Below the pieces are notes generated by a model that was not told the origin of the DNA, made no database searches, and saw only the letters and a program-made list of their open reading frames with translations. This document shows positions 20,445-31,310 of a DNA stretch of 64,000 nt, piece by piece. The stretch's first letter is position 1, and every line of letters starts with the position of its first letter. Origin of the DNA: an uncultured Gemmatimonadales bacterium (GTDB lineage Bacteria > Gemmatimonadota > Gemmatimonadetes > Gemmatimonadales > GWC2-71-9); contig CAVOGR010000012.1 in assembly GCA_963695555.1 (NCBI GenBank), forward strand, positions 29,743 through 93,742, given 5' to 3'. The translations under genes and the position numbers were made by a program.

Positions 20445-21484
20445 CCCTACCGGCCCAACTCGGCTACCGCATGCCGGCGGAATGGGCGCCGCACCGAGGC
20501 ACTTGGCTGAGCTGGCCGCACCGGGAGTCCTCCTGGCCGGGGAATTTCGAGACGATTCCGCACATCTTCGCCGCCATGGTTCGGGCCTTGGCACCGGGCG
20601 AGGAAGTGCACATCAATGTCACTGGTCCAGAGATGGAATCCGACGCGCGCCGCCTGCTCGACGATCTCGAAGTCCCGGCCCACCGCGTCCGCTTCTATCA
20701 TCATCCGACCAACGACGCCTGGTGCCGGGATCACGGACCGGTGTTCATCCAGCGGACGGAGGGCGACCGCGTCGACGAAGCCATCGTCGATTGGGGGTAC
20801 AACTCCTGGGGTAACAAGTACCCTCCGTTCGATCTCGATGACGCGATCCCCACTCGGATCGGACAGACCCTAGGCGTTCGCGTTTTTCATCCGGGAATCG
20901 TGCTCGAGGGCGGCTCCATCGACGTGAATGGCGCCGGGAGCCTGCTCACCACCGAGGCGTGCCTTCTGAACCCGAACCGCAATCCGGACCTCTCACGAAC
21001 GCAGGTTGAGCAGCACCTGCGTGACTATCTCGGCGTGGCCAACATTCTCTGGCTCGGCGACGGGATCGTGGGTGACGATACCGATGGGCACGTGGATGAC
21101 ATCGCGCGATTCGTCGGCCCGAGCACCATCGTCACGGCAGTCGAGGAGGATCCGGAGGACGAGAACTTCGACCCCCTTCAGGATAACCTCCGCCGTCTTC
21201 AAGCGATGACGGATCAGGACGGACAACCGTTCCGGATTGTTCCTTTACCGATGCCGCCGCCACTCTTCTACCAGGGAGAGCGGTTGCCTGCCAGCTACGC
21301 CAATTTCTACATCGGGAATGAGGTGGTGTTGGTGCCGGGATACGATGCGGCCCGCGATGCCGCGGCCGGTGCCGTGCTCCAGTCAGTCTTTCCGCGGCGG
21401 CGCATGACGTTCATCGACAGCCGAGACCTCGTCTGGGGACTCGGCAGCTTCCATTGCGTAACCCAGCAGTGGCCCGCGCGCTAG
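20441..21484 (+). CDS. aguA: Agmatine deiminase
   Basis: RMPAEWAPH, DAWCRDHGP, LEGGSIDVNG, DTDGHVDD, ASYANF, GSFHCVTQQ. Confidence 0.93.
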   Translation: MTLPAQLGYRMPAEWAPHRGTWLSWPHRESSWPGNFETIPHIFAAMVRALAPGEEVHINVTGPEMESDARRLLDDLEVPAHRVRFYHHPTNDAWCRDHGPVFIQRTEGDRVDEAIVDWGYNSWGNKYPPFDLDDAIPTRIGQTLGVRVFHPGIVLEGGSIDVNGAGSLLTTEACLLNPNRNPDLSRTQVEQHLRDYLGVANILWLGDGIVGDDTDGHVDDIARFVGPSTIVTAVEEDPEDENFDPLQDNLRRLQAMTDQDGQPFRIVPLPMPPPLFYQGERLPASYANFYIGNEVVLVPGYDAARDAAAGAVLQSVFPRRRMTFIDSRDLVWGLGSFHCVTQQWPAR

Positions 21485-22650
21485 GTCGGGGACGCGGTCG
21501 CGACTGCCTCCCGCAACACTTCGAGCAGCACCGCCATATCGCTGGCATCGTTGTAGACGTGGGGAGCAATCCGGACGGCATCGCCTCGCACCGACACGGA
21601 TAGTGCCCGTAAGGCCAGCAGGGCTTGAAGATCGGTGCGGCCTACCCCCGCCGGCATCCGCAGGCCGAAAAGGTGCGGCGCCTGCCAGTCGTCATCTTCC
21701 ACTCCATACCCCAACCGGCGAACCTCGTCCTTGAAGTCTGCGCTAAGCTGACGGCAGTACTGCTCGATCTCGCCCACGCCCCACGCCGCAATCTGTGCCA
21801 GCGCCGCCAAGAGCATGGGCACGAGAATGAAATTGCTCCCCTCGCCCACGTCGTAGCGAATCGCGCCGGGGCGGTACTTGTCGCGGTACCGCACCAACCC
21901 GCCGAAGTCGTCACTCTCCGGGCGGGACATCCAGGTCTCTTCCACCGGCATTCCCCGGTCATAGCGCTCGCCGAGGTACGCCAGGCCGATCGAGTACGGG
22001 CCCAAGAGCCACTTGTAGCCGGCGCACACGAGCGCATCAGGACGCACGCGCTCGATGTCGAACGGCATCGCTCCGATCGACTGCGTGCCGTCGAGCACCA
22101 CGGCGGCGCCAACGTCACGGGCCCGGGCGGCAATCTGCTCGACATCGAACCGGGTCCCGTCGGTCCAATGCACCGGCGCAAGCGCCACCAGTCGGGTGGA
22201 GCGGTTGATGGATTCCAAGAGACGGGTGGTCCATGCCTCGCCCCGGACCGTCCCGTCCGGGGGCTCGACCGTGCGCAGCTTGGCCCCGGTCGTTGCCGCC
22301 AACCGGCGCCAGGCATACACGTTCGACGGGAATTGCTGATGGGCGGTGACGATGTTCTGCCGCGGGCCGATCCGCGTGTTCTTTGCCACGGTCGCCATGC
22401 CGTAGGAGACCGACGGGATGACGGCGATCCGGCGCGGATCCCCCGCGTTGATTAGGCGGGCGAAGAGTTCGCGCACACGCTGCACGTCCTCAAAGAACGC
22501 CGCGGGTGTGATCGCCGACGGGTCGCGCTTGCGGCGAATCCCCGCAATGCCGGCCTCCTCCACTGCCTTGAGCAATGGGGACATATAGGCACAATTGAGG
22601 TAATGGAGATTTGGCGGCAGTGAGAACAGGTGTCTCTGACACGTCAGCAT
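21481..22650 (-). CDS. Aminotransferase class V PLP-dependent enzyme (selenocysteine lyase/cysteine desulfurase-like)
   Basis: YLNCAYMSP, QFPSNVY.W, LDGTQSIGA, AGYKWLLGPY, RIAPHVYN. Confidence 0.88.
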   Translation of the reverse strand: MLTCQRHLFSLPPNLHYLNCAYMSPLLKAVEEAGIAGIRRKRDPSAITPAAFFEDVQRVRELFARLINAGDPRRIAVIPSVSYGMATVAKNTRIGPRQNIVTAHQQFPSNVYAWRRLAATTGAKLRTVEPPDGTVRGEAWTTRLLESINRSTRLVALAPVHWTDGTRFDVEQIAARARDVGAAVVLDGTQSIGAMPFDIERVRPDALVCAGYKWLLGPYSIGLAYLGERYDRGMPVEETWMSRPESDDFGGLVRYRDKYRPGAIRYDVGEGSNFILVPMLLAALAQIAAWGVGEIEQYCRQLSADFKDEVRRLGYGVEDDDWQAPHLFGLRMPAGVGRTDLQALLALRALSVSVRGDAVRIAPHVYNDASDMAVLLEVLREAVATASPT

Positions 22651-22729
22651 ACGTGCACCTTCGCGAGTGGGTGACCGCACACACAGCACGTTCCGCCCGT
22701 GCGCCGGACCGCGAGCCAGACGACCTGCG

Positions 22730-23950
22730 CTACGCTTTCCATCCCACCTGACCGTCCACCACGGTCATCCGACACGTATCCGGCCGAAAGTGGTAGAGCC
22801 AGTGGGTCACATCGGGAGCATCGATCACGGCAAGATCGGCCGCCTTCCCTACTTCGAGCGAACCGAGATGCTGGTCCCGACCGACCGCCCGGGCCGCATG
22901 GAGTGTCCCCCCCTTCAGCGCTTCGGTAGGCGTCAGTCCCGATAGGGTGCACGCGAGCAGCAACGCAAGGTGCATGTCATAGCTCGGGGCCGACCCGGGA
23001 TTGAAATCGGTCGCTACCGCCACCGGAACCCCCGCCGCCACGAATCGTCGAGCGGCCATGGGCTGCTGGCCCAAGTACAGAGTGGCCAGAGGGAGCGCAA
23101 CGGCGACCGCGCCGGAGCGCGCCATGTCCGTTATCCCTTCGGGCGAGGCGTGCTCGAGGTGGTCGGCGCTCACGGCCTGAACCTCCGCCGCGAGCTCCGC
23201 GCCGCCGCCCGACTCGAGCTGATCGGCGTGGAGCTTCGGCCGGAGCCCCGCCGCTTTCGCCGCGCGGAAGATCCGCCGCGCTTCGTCCGCCGTAAAGGCC
23301 GTATCCTCCACGAACACGTCACAGAAATCGGCCAGATGGTCCTCGGCAACCGCTGGAATCATCTCCTCGATGATGAGGTCGACATACCGCACCCGGTCGG
23401 CTTGCCACTCCTTCGGAATGACGTGAGCTCCCAGAAACGTCGACACGATGCGAACGGGCTGCAGGTCGCGCACTCGGCGATACACCCGTAGCAGCTTGAG
23501 CTCGTTCTTGGTATCGAGTCCGTAGCCGCTCTTGCACTCGACGGTGGTGACGCCAAGCCGGACGATCGCATCGAGAAAGGTCAGGCAGCGTTGGCTGAGC
23601 TCGTCTTCGGAGAGCGCCCGGGTGGCCGTCACCGTCGAGGCGATGCCGCCGCCGCGACGTGCGATGTCCTGGTACGTTGCGCCCAGCAGCCGCTGCTCGA
23701 ACTCCCCGGCGCGCCAGCCGCCGAAGGCCAGGTGCGTGTGGCAGTCGATCAGGCCGGGAATGACGAGGCACCCACCGGCATCCCATGTCTCTCCGGCCGC
23801 GAGGGTTGGCGGGACATCGGCCTCGGCGCCCACCCAGGTGATGCGGCCGGCTTCCCACGCGAGGGCTGCGTCGCGGATGGGATGGATTTCCCCCTGCCCG
23901 CCGGGGGCACGGCAGGTGGCGACCATTCCGATATTCCTGAGCAGCGGCAT
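22730..23950 (-). CDS. hutI: Imidazolonepropionase
   Basis: PGLIDCHTHL.FGG.R..EF, GVTTVECKSGYGL, KLHADQL, SADHLE, ATDFNPGS. Confidence 0.95.
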   Translation of the reverse strand: MPLLRNIGMVATCRAPGGQGEIHPIRDAALAWEAGRITWVGAEADVPPTLAAGETWDAGGCLVIPGLIDCHTHLAFGGWRAGEFEQRLLGATYQDIARRGGGIASTVTATRALSEDELSQRCLTFLDAIVRLGVTTVECKSGYGLDTKNELKLLRVYRRVRDLQPVRIVSTFLGAHVIPKEWQADRVRYVDLIIEEMIPAVAEDHLADFCDVFVEDTAFTADEARRIFRAAKAAGLRPKLHADQLESGGGAELAAEVQAVSADHLEHASPEGITDMARSGAVAVALPLATLYLGQQPMAARRFVAAGVPVAVATDFNPGSAPSYDMHLALLLACTLSGLTPTEALKGGTLHAARAVGRDQHLGSLEVGKAADLAVIDAPDVTHWLYHFRPDTCRMTVVDGQVGWKA

Positions 23951-23956
23951 GGGGTG

Positions 23957-25626
23957 TCAGTCTTGCATGGGAAGGTCGACGCCCCGCTCACGGGCCACGC
24001 GTATCGCATCGTCGTAGCCCGCGTCGGCGTGGCGCATAACTCCGGTGCCGGGATCCGCCGTGAGCACCCGCTCGAGCCGGCGGTCGGCCGACGCCGTCCC
24101 ATCGGCGACGCACACCATGCCGGCGTGGATCGAGTATCCGATGCCGACCCCGCCGCCGTGATGGATCGAGACCCAACTCGCCCCGCAGGCCGTGTTCAAC
24201 ATGGCGTTCAACAGCGGCCAATCCGCGATCGCGTCGGAGCCGTCTGCCATGTTTTCCGTTTCGCGGTTGGGAGATGCCACGGAGCCGGCATCGAGATGAT
24301 CGCGACCGATCACGAGCGGTGCCTCGACCTTCCCCTTCTTCACCAGCCAGTTGAACTTGAGCCCCATCTCGGCCCGTTCGCCGTATTCGAGCCAACAAAT
24401 GCGGGCGGGAAGGCCCTGGAACTGCACCCGCTCGCGCGCCTGACGAATCCACCTGGCCAAAGAAGTGTTTTCGGGAAAGGTCTCGAGCACCGCGTCGTCG
24501 GTAGCCGCGATGTCCTTCGGGTTCCCCGAGAGGGCAGCCCACCGGAACGGGCCGGCGCCCCGACAGAAGAGGGGCCGAATGAATTCGGGAACGAAGCCGG
24601 GGATCCGGAATGCCTCACGCAATCCGCGATGATCGGACACTTGCCCCCGGAGGTTGTTGCCATAGTCGAACGTCACGGCCCCTTGACCCATGAGGTCGAG
24701 CATCGCCTTGACGTGCGTTGCCATTGAATCGAGTACCCGAGCGTCATAGCCCGCAGGATCACGCTCGCGTTCCCCGGCTGCTTGCTCCACCGTCATTCCC
24801 ACCGGGATATAACCGAGCCGGATGTCATGGGCCGACGTCTGATCGGTCAGCATGTCGGGTACCACCCCGCGTCGGACCAACTCGGGAAGCACGTCTGCAA
24901 TGTTACCCAGCAAGCCGACCGAGAGCGCCTCCTTCCGTTGTTTTGCCGATTCGACCAATTCCAGCGCCTCATCGAGATCGGTGCTCATCCGGTCGCAGTA
25001 GCCGGTCTCCACCCGTCGCTGGATGCGAAGCGGATCGACCTCGACGCCGAGAAACGCAGCCCCATTCATCGTGGCGGCGAGCGGCTGAGCTCCTCCATGC
25101 CTCCGAGGCCGGCGGTTACCACCAACCGCCCGGCCAGGGTGCCTCCGAAATGCTTTCGCGCGCACTCGGCGAAGGTCTCGTAGGTCCCTTGGAGGATGCC
25201 CTGGGTACCGATGTAGATCCACGAACCCGCGGTCATCTGGCCGTACATGGTGAGGCCGAGGGCGTCCAGCCGCCGGAACTCATCCCACGTGGCCCAGCGA
25301 GGAACCAGATGCGCATTCGCGATCAGGACACGCGGGGCCTCGTCATGGGTGCGAAACACCCCGACGGGCTTCCCGCTCTGCACCAGTAGGGTTTCATCGT
25401 TCTTCAACCGGCGGAGGGTCTCAACGATCGAGGCGTAGCATTCCCAGTTGCGTGCGGCCTTTCCCCCGCCCCCGTAGACGATGAGCTCGGCGGGGTTCTC
25501 CGCCACATCCGGGTCGAGGTTGTTCATGAGCATCCGGAGCGCTGCCTCCTGGTGCCATCCCTTGCATGACAGGGAGGTACCGGTCGGGGCCCGAATGACG
25601 TCTGGTGGGTTCTGAGTGGCTGGCAT
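23957..25626 (-). CDS. hutU: Urocanate hydratase (single frameshift near 25095)
   Basis: [17 protein letters not shown] and [25 protein letters not shown] are in one frame. [16 protein letters not shown] and [13 protein letters not shown] are in another. One missing G in GGMGGAQ joins them. Confidence 0.95.
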
Positions 25627-25822
25627 GGTTGAATCGACACCCGTTCAGGAGGGTGGAGGGTGTGCGCACCCACCGGGGGGCGCGGCCCATATCTCTGGAG
25701 GCTACAATAGGAAGTGCCTCGGCGCGACCCCGACCCGACGATGGGGGTGCGCGGTCCTGGTTTGGCCCATGGGCGAGGCACCCTTCCAACCCTTCGCCTC
25801 CTCCTGCTATCCAATGGGATGC

Positions 25823-26398
25823 ATGCGGAGACCAGGCCCTGGAGTCGCAACGCTGACCGGAAGCCGGCGGATCACCACAGCGGGATCGGACATCGCGGAC
25901 GTCGCCCTGGCCGCGAGCGGAGATGCGCACGCGTTCGAGCGCCTCTACCGCAGACATGTGGCTCGAATCCGCAGCCTGGCATGCCGCATGTTGAACCAGG
26001 ATCTCGCTGATGAGGTCACGCAGGACATTTTCGTTCGGGCCTGGGAAAAGCTCAAGACCTTTCGCGGAGAGGCTCAGTTCGGGACATGGCTCTATCGCTT
26101 GGGAATCAACGTGATTCTTGCCCAGCGCGCGACTCTCGGGAAGCACCGGGACCGTTACGTGGAGGGCGATGCGACCCTGGCACGCCTGCCGAGCCGACCC
26201 GAGGCGCCGGGGGCCATGGTGGATTTCGAGGAAGCCCTCAGCCGGCTTCCGGACGGCGCCCGCCAGGTGTTCGTGCTCCACGACGTGGAAGGGTATCGGC
26301 ACGAGGAAATCGCCGGCATGCTCGGCGTCGCGGAAGGCACCAGCAAATCGCAGCTGCACCGGGCGCGCATGGCACTACGTGGGTATCTGGATCGATGA
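25823..26398 (+). CDS. ECF RNA polymerase sigma factor (start uncertain)
   Basis: GDAHAFERLYRRH, DEVTQDIFVRAW..L..FRGEAQFGTWLYR, HDVEGYRHEEIA..LGVAEGTSKSQLHRAR. Confidence 0.9.
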   Translation: MRRPGPGVATLTGSRRITTAGSDIADVALAASGDAHAFERLYRRHVARIRSLACRMLNQDLADEVTQDIFVRAWEKLKTFRGEAQFGTWLYRLGINVILAQRATLGKHRDRYVEGDATLARLPSRPEAPGAMVDFEEALSRLPDGARQVFVLHDVEGYRHEEIAGMLGVAEGTSKSQLHRARMALRGYLDR

Positions 26399-26411
26399 CT
26401 GGAGAAGGCCG

Positions 26412-27086
26412 ATGATGGATCAGTGGACGGAACGTCTGTCCGAATACGTCGACGGCACGCTGGAGGCGGAGGAACGCCGCCAGGTGGAAGCCCATGTGTC
26501 CGGGTGCGAGGCCTGCACCGCGATCGCGAATGAATTGCGAGCGGTTGCCGCGCGCGCGAGCACGCTGGCGGACCGTCCGCCGACGCGAGACCTCTGGCCC
26601 GGGATTGCCGCGCGCATCGCAGTGACCGGCGAATCGGACATCCTCGATCTCTCGCACGCTCGGACTCGGCGGCGGTTCGCCTTCACCGTCCCGCAACTCG
26701 CGGCGGCGGCGATCGGTTTGATCCTCCTCTCCGCAGGCGGCGCATGGCTCATGCAGCCCAGCCCAGTGCCGGCACCCGTGGCCGCGGCTTCAGTCCCATC
26801 GCCCGTCGTCCAAGCAGTGACGGGCACAGCGTCGTACCAGCACTACGACCGGGCCGTGGCTGAGCTTTCGCTGGTGCTCGAGGCCGGGAGGGCCCGGCTC
26901 AACCCCAGCACCGTCCGCATTTTGGAGCGCAATCTCCGGGTGATCGACGCGGCGCTGGCCGAAGCCGTCCAGGCCGTGGCCGACGATCCGGCAAGCGTGT
27001 ACCTCCAAGACCACTTGGCAAACACCATGCAGCGAAAACTGGCTCTCATGCGCCAAGCCGCTGATCTCGTCACGGCTTCCAGCTGA
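26412..27086 (+). CDS. Zinc-finger (zf-HC2) anti-sigma factor
   Basis: LSEYVDG...HVSGCEAC (HxxxCxxC), single TM helix, downstream of the ECF sigma. Confidence 0.85.
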   Translation: MMDQWTERLSEYVDGTLEAEERRQVEAHVSGCEACTAIANELRAVAARASTLADRPPTRDLWPGIAARIAVTGESDILDLSHARTRRRFAFTVPQLAAAAIGLILLSAGGAWLMQPSPVPAPVAAASVPSPVVQAVTGTASYQHYDRAVAELSLVLEAGRARLNPSTVRILERNLRVIDAALAEAVQAVADDPASVYLQDHLANTMQRKLALMRQAADLVTASS

Positions 27087-27105
27087 GACCTGCTACGGAG
27101 ACGAC

Positions 27106-27945
27106 ATGTTACTCACCACCACTCTCGGGTTGATCACCGCGCTCGCGGCAGGACCGCAGGACACGACATTTACCGTGTCGCGCGATGCGCGTCTGCACGT
27201 GGCGAACTTCGCCGGCACCATCACCGTGGGGGTGTGGAACCGTGGCGAGGTCCGGATTCAGACGGATGCCGATCAGGGCGCGCTTGCAGTCAGCCAGACC
27301 GGCTCGGTCATCCGGGTCAAGACCCGCGGACCGTACCAGCACGAGGAAAAGGCATACACGCTGACCGTACCCCGCTGGCTCCCGCTCGAACTCTCGGGCA
27401 CGGAGACTGACATCGTGGTCGAGGGAACCGACGCTTCGGTCACGGCATCGACCGTCGATGGGGACGTGACCATCCGCGGCGGACGGGGCCAGGTCATGGC
27501 CAGCTCGATCGAGGGCGACGTCAGCATTGAAGGCGCAAACGCTCACATCACCGCAACGTCAGTCGACGGCGACATCGTTGTGTCGAGTTCCACCGGCGAT
27601 GTGTCGGCCCAGAGCGTCGATGGGTCCATCGAGTTGACGGGAGTGACGGCCTCCTCGGTGAAGGCCAGCACCGTCGATGGGGATATCTATTTTCGTGGAC
27701 CGATTCAGGCGAACGGTCGCTACGGACTCACCACCCATGACGGCGACGTGACCCTCGTCGCAGGGCGAGGCATCAACGCCAATATCACCGTGTCGACCTT
27801 CGCCGGCGAGTTCGAGTCGGACTTCCCGGTCACGATTCAGGGAACGACCCAGCGGGAGCGATTCTCGTTTACGCTTGGCACCGGCAGCGCCCAAATCACG
27901 CTCGAAGCGTTCGACGGAACGATTCGATTGCAGCGTGGGCAATAG
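27106..27945 (+). CDS. DUF4097 beta-strand repeat exported protein
   Basis: Signal peptide, repeated (T/S)VDGD(V/I) units, FESDFPV. Confidence 0.85.
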   Translation: MLLTTTLGLITALAAGPQDTTFTVSRDARLHVANFAGTITVGVWNRGEVRIQTDADQGALAVSQTGSVIRVKTRGPYQHEEKAYTLTVPRWLPLELSGTETDIVVEGTDASVTASTVDGDVTIRGGRGQVMASSIEGDVSIEGANAHITATSVDGDIVVSSSTGDVSAQSVDGSIELTGVTASSVKASTVDGDIYFRGPIQANGRYGLTTHDGDVTLVAGRGINANITVSTFAGEFESDFPVTIQGTTQRERFSFTLGTGSAQITLEAFDGTIRLQRGQ

Positions 27946-27974
27946 TTCCGCGACCATCCTTAAGGAGACGACCT

Positions 27975-28805
27975 ATGCTGAAGTCTTTTGCCCTTGCTGT
28001 CGCCACCGCCGGCATCCTCGGCTGGCAAGCCACGGCCGATCACGAGGGCGCGTTCACTCTGACGGAGCCTGGTCATGCAAACAGGGCCCAGCAGGATTTT
28101 CGCTGGAGCGGCAGGATTCCGGCCGGGAAGGCGATCGAGATCAAAGGGATCAATGGCAACCTCGTGGCCCAAGGGACGAGCGGCGGCGAGGTCATCGTGA
28201 CCGCCGACAAAGACGGTCACGGTGACGACCCCGAGAGCGTCAGGATCGAGGTCGTCGAGCACGATGACGGCGTCACGATCTGCGCGGTCTATCCGGATAC
28301 CCGGAGAAACCGGCCCAATATGTGCGCTCCCAAGAACGAGGGCCGCCTCAACAGCGACGATAACGACGTGTCCGTCGACTTCGAGATCAAGGTCCCTGCC
28401 GGCGTGCGGTTCATCGGGCGCACCGTCAATGGCGACGTTGATGCCACCGGGCTCACCGCCGATGCCGATGTGTCGACCGTGAATGGTGACGTGCACGTGA
28501 GCACCGCCGGGGAGGCGGAAGCGAGTACCGTGAACGGCGGTATCCGCGCCTCGATGGGCCGGGCCACATGGAGCGGAACCGTCGAATTCCACACGGTGAA
28601 TGGCAGCATCGAGGTGACGCTCCCATCCGATTTCAGCGCTGACGTGCGGGCCAGCACGGTCAACGGGGATATCAGTACCGATTTTCCCCTGACCGTGACA
28701 GGGCGTTTCGGACCGCGGCGAATCTCAGGAACGGTCGGGGGCGGTGGTCGGAAGCTCGAGCTGGAGACCGTGAACGGCAGTATTTCGCTTCGCAAGGGCG
28801 GCTGA
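27975..28805 (+). CDS. DUF4097 beta-strand repeat exported protein
   Basis: Signal peptide, repeated TVNG(D/S/G)(V/I) units, ISTDFP. Confidence 0.85.
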   Translation: MLKSFALAVATAGILGWQATADHEGAFTLTEPGHANRAQQDFRWSGRIPAGKAIEIKGINGNLVAQGTSGGEVIVTADKDGHGDDPESVRIEVVEHDDGVTICAVYPDTRRNRPNMCAPKNEGRLNSDDNDVSVDFEIKVPAGVRFIGRTVNGDVDATGLTADADVSTVNGDVHVSTAGEAEASTVNGGIRASMGRATWSGTVEFHTVNGSIEVTLPSDFSADVRASTVNGDISTDFPLTVTGRFGPRRISGTVGGGGRKLELETVNGSISLRKGG

Positions 28806-28816
28806 GCCACCAGCGT

Positions 28817-28841
28817 GGCCGGCACCCGTGAGGTGCCGGCC
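28817..28841. terminator. Hairpin between convergent genes
   Basis: ggccggcacc-cgtga-ggtgccggcc, 10-bp perfect stem. Confidence 0.6.
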
Positions 28842-28843
28842 TC

Positions 28844-29983
28844 TCATGGTTCGTAGGTAATGCGGTAAATCACATCCGCCACATCGTCGGACACGAGCAG
28901 AGATCCGTCCGGCAATGCTAGCACATCCACCGGCCGCCCCCAGGCACGCCGCCGTCCCAACCAGCCCTCCGCAAAGACATCGTAGATCGGCACGCTATCT
29001 TGACGCTCCCGGACGACCATGAGTCGATACCCAACTGGCTGCTCGCGGTTCCAGCTGCCATGTTCGGCGACGAATAGTGCGTTGCGATAGAACTCCGGGA
29101 AGGCCGTGCCTGTGTAAAATCGCATGCCAAGCGGAGCCGCGTGGGCGGGAAGATCCAGCAGCGGCGGGGTGGACGCCCCACAATCGCCTTCGATGCCGAA
29201 GTCGGGATCGACGATGTCGGTCCCAAAGCATTTGGGAAAACCGAAATCCAACCCCGCTCGGACGGCGACGTTGATCTCATCGGGCGGGACGTCATCGCCC
29301 AACATGTCTCGGCTGTTGTCGCCGAACCAGAGGACCCCCGTCTCGGGATGCCAGTCGAACCCGACCGTGTTTCTCACACCGCGGGCAAAGACGGTCCGGT
29401 CCGTCCCGTCAGGGCGCATGCGGAACATCGCCGCGTATCGGTCTTCGACCACGCGGCACACGTTGCAGGGCGCTCCCACCGGCACGTACAGGTATCCGTC
29501 CGGACCGAATGCGATGTACTTCCACCCATGCTGGGTGTCCCGAGGAAACCCCGCATAGGTCACGATCGGAAGCGGAGCGGCATCGAGCCGCGATTCGATG
29601 GCGTCGAACCGGAGCACTCGGCTCACCTCCGCCACGTACAGCGCACCGTCGCGAAAGGCCACGCCGCTGGGCATCTGGAGCCCTCGGGCAATGGTCAGAA
29701 CCGCATCTGCCGTGCCGTCCCCATCTGCGTCGGGCAGCGCATAGACGTTGCCGGCGGTGCGGCTGCCGACGAACACCGTGCCGTTGTCGCCCCTCGCAAG
29801 CGCTCGGGCGTTGTCAACACCGGTGGCAAAGAGCCGGACCGTGAATCCCGGGGGCAAGCGAAGTCGCTCCGGATACGGCCGCGGACCATTGTAGTGCCAG
29901 TAGAGACCAACCGCCGTCAGTACCGCGAGCCAGAACATCCAGCGAATACGCGATCGTCGCCCAAGGGCAGTCGGCGAGGTCAT
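28844..29983 (-). CDS. PQQ-dependent sugar dehydrogenase family protein (second paralogue)
   Basis: HGWKYIAFGPDG.LYVPVGAPCN, GVRNTVGFDWHP, AHAAPLGMRFY, EHGSWNR, GRPVDV. Confidence 0.9.
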   Translation of the reverse strand: MTSPTALGRRSRIRWMFWLAVLTAVGLYWHYNGPRPYPERLRLPPGFTVRLFATGVDNARALARGDNGTVFVGSRTAGNVYALPDADGDGTADAVLTIARGLQMPSGVAFRDGALYVAEVSRVLRFDAIESRLDAAPLPIVTYAGFPRDTQHGWKYIAFGPDGYLYVPVGAPCNVCRVVEDRYAAMFRMRPDGTDRTVFARGVRNTVGFDWHPETGVLWFGDNSRDMLGDDVPPDEINVAVRAGLDFGFPKCFGTDIVDPDFGIEGDCGASTPPLLDLPAHAAPLGMRFYTGTAFPEFYRNALFVAEHGSWNREQPVGYRLMVVRERQDSVPIYDVFAEGWLGRRRAWGRPVDVLALPDGSLLVSDDVADVIYRITYEP

Positions 29984-30075
29984 GGGTAGATGGCCATCGA
30001 TGATGGCACTCCCAGAAACGAGGTGAACGTGGTCTCCAGCCGCCGGAGGGCGAGCGCGAACTCGGCGAGGCTCAT
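29980..30075 (-). CDS. Possible small protein (31 aa)
   Basis: AGGGGAG RBS before ATG. MSLAEFALALRRLETTFTSFLGVPSSMAIYP. Its stop overlaps the next ATG (ATGA). Confidence 0.4.
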   Translation of the reverse strand: MSLAEFALALRRLETTFTSFLGVPSSMAIYP

Positions 30076-30091
30076 CTCCCCTACCCTCGGA

Positions 30092-30616
30092 TCAGTTGCG
30101 CTTTCGGTAGAGCCCGTCGAAAACGACCTTCCACGTCGAGCCGCCGTCCCTCGACTGCTCCCACACTTGTTTGACTGTTGATTCCGCGGTGTTGTCATAG
30201 AATGTCAGCTTGTGCATCACGGGACTTCCGTCCGGGGCTCGGGACTCGCCCGACAAAGCGAGGCGCCCGTCGGCATACCGGCCGGAAAACCGTAACACAC
30301 CGCCAGTGCCGTCGATCCAGATCTGGTGCCAGAGCCCCGTGGAACGATCGAAGAAATTCCAGCTCTCTCCGGTACCGCCCTGGGAGCCCTTCCAATGCTC
30401 GTGCAACACACAGCCGTCATCCCGCAACGTGACGAGGTTCGTGCCAGCCACCCCTCCCTGTGCGGTCACCTCCCAATCACCCACCCAGAAATCGAATTGC
30501 CGATGCTCGGGCCCGGTGCAGTCCGGCCGGGTGGCCTGAGCCGCGGCGTCGGTCCCGCCGAGCATTCCGAATGCAACCACGGTAGCCAGTACCATGCGGC
30601 GAGTCTCATGTGCCAT
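30092..30616 (-). CDS. Exported hypothetical protein (FDFWVGDW motif family)
   Basis: Signal peptide, C..PEHRQFDFWVGDW, W.Q.WID, SRDGGSTW..FDGLY; GGAGA RBS. Confidence 0.8.
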   Translation of the reverse strand: MAHETRRMVLATVVAFGMLGGTDAAAQATRPDCTGPEHRQFDFWVGDWEVTAQGGVAGTNLVTLRDDGCVLHEHWKGSQGGTGESWNFFDRSTGLWHQIWIDGTGGVLRFSGRYADGRLALSGESRAPDGSPVMHKLTFYDNTAESTVKQVWEQSRDGGSTWKVVFDGLYRKRN

Positions 30617-30767
30617 TGATCTCTCCAAACTCGGGGCTTGTTTCGCAACCTAATGCGGCGTCCGGTCACCAGCCACTGACGCATGGGGCCGCGGTCGAGC
30701 ACACAGGCCGGCCACGAAGAGCCGCGCTCGGGCGAGCGCGTTGCCCCCGTCAGCCGAATAAAACGAA

Positions 30768-30800
30768 GCGGAGCGACCAACGCTGCGTTGATCGCTCCGC
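30768..30800 (-). terminator. Intrinsic terminator downstream of tRNA-Pro
   Basis: gcggagcgatcaacg / cgttggtcgctccgc stem followed by TTCGTTTTATT on the minus strand. Confidence 0.8.
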
Positions 30801-30805
30801 CCAAA

Positions 30806-30879
30806 TCGGGACGGCGGGATTTGAACCCGCGACCCCTGCAACCCCATTGCAGTGCGCTACCGGACTGCGCCACGTCCCG
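30806..30879 (-). tRNA. tRNA-Pro(GGG)
   Basis: CGGGACG acceptor, D-arm GCGCAGTCCGGTAGCGC, anticodon arm CTGCA-AT-GGG-GT-TGCAG, T-arm GGTTCAAATCC; no encoded CCA. Confidence 0.95.
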
Positions 30880-31310
30880 TTCACCCGGCCGTGTGCCGAC
30901 TGCGGCCCAGGATTCCCAAGTCTATCCCCGGGGGGCCAGCGTGGGAAGGGTTTCTCCCGCTGAAAGAAATGCGGACGCGGCTACGACCGGATGGCCCCTG
31001 GACCGCCTCGGCCAGGCAGGCCACCGAAACAAGCCCCTGTCATCGCATTCCTCGACTGCCCGCCGGCCGCTGTCTCCGAGCTGAGACCGGCGTGGACTAC
31101 CCGAGCCGGCTGGCCACAGGCCGTATCTGATTGCACGGCAAGATATTACATCGGCCGACGTGAAGCTGCAGTCCCGTTCGTGCGCGGCTCGGGGGACCTA
31201 ATCATTTGGGCCTGAGACTTGCACTAATCTCACGCGGGCACTCTCAACCCTGAGGGTGCTGGCCACTCGGAGGACCCACCGGCGATCGTGCGAGCCGAAG
31301 GCAGGCGAAG

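Noticed and set aside
25085..25105. Programmed frameshift or pseudogene in hutU
   Set aside because: A single missing G in the conserved GGMGGAQ codons, next to an intact hutI. Same error signature as acnA.
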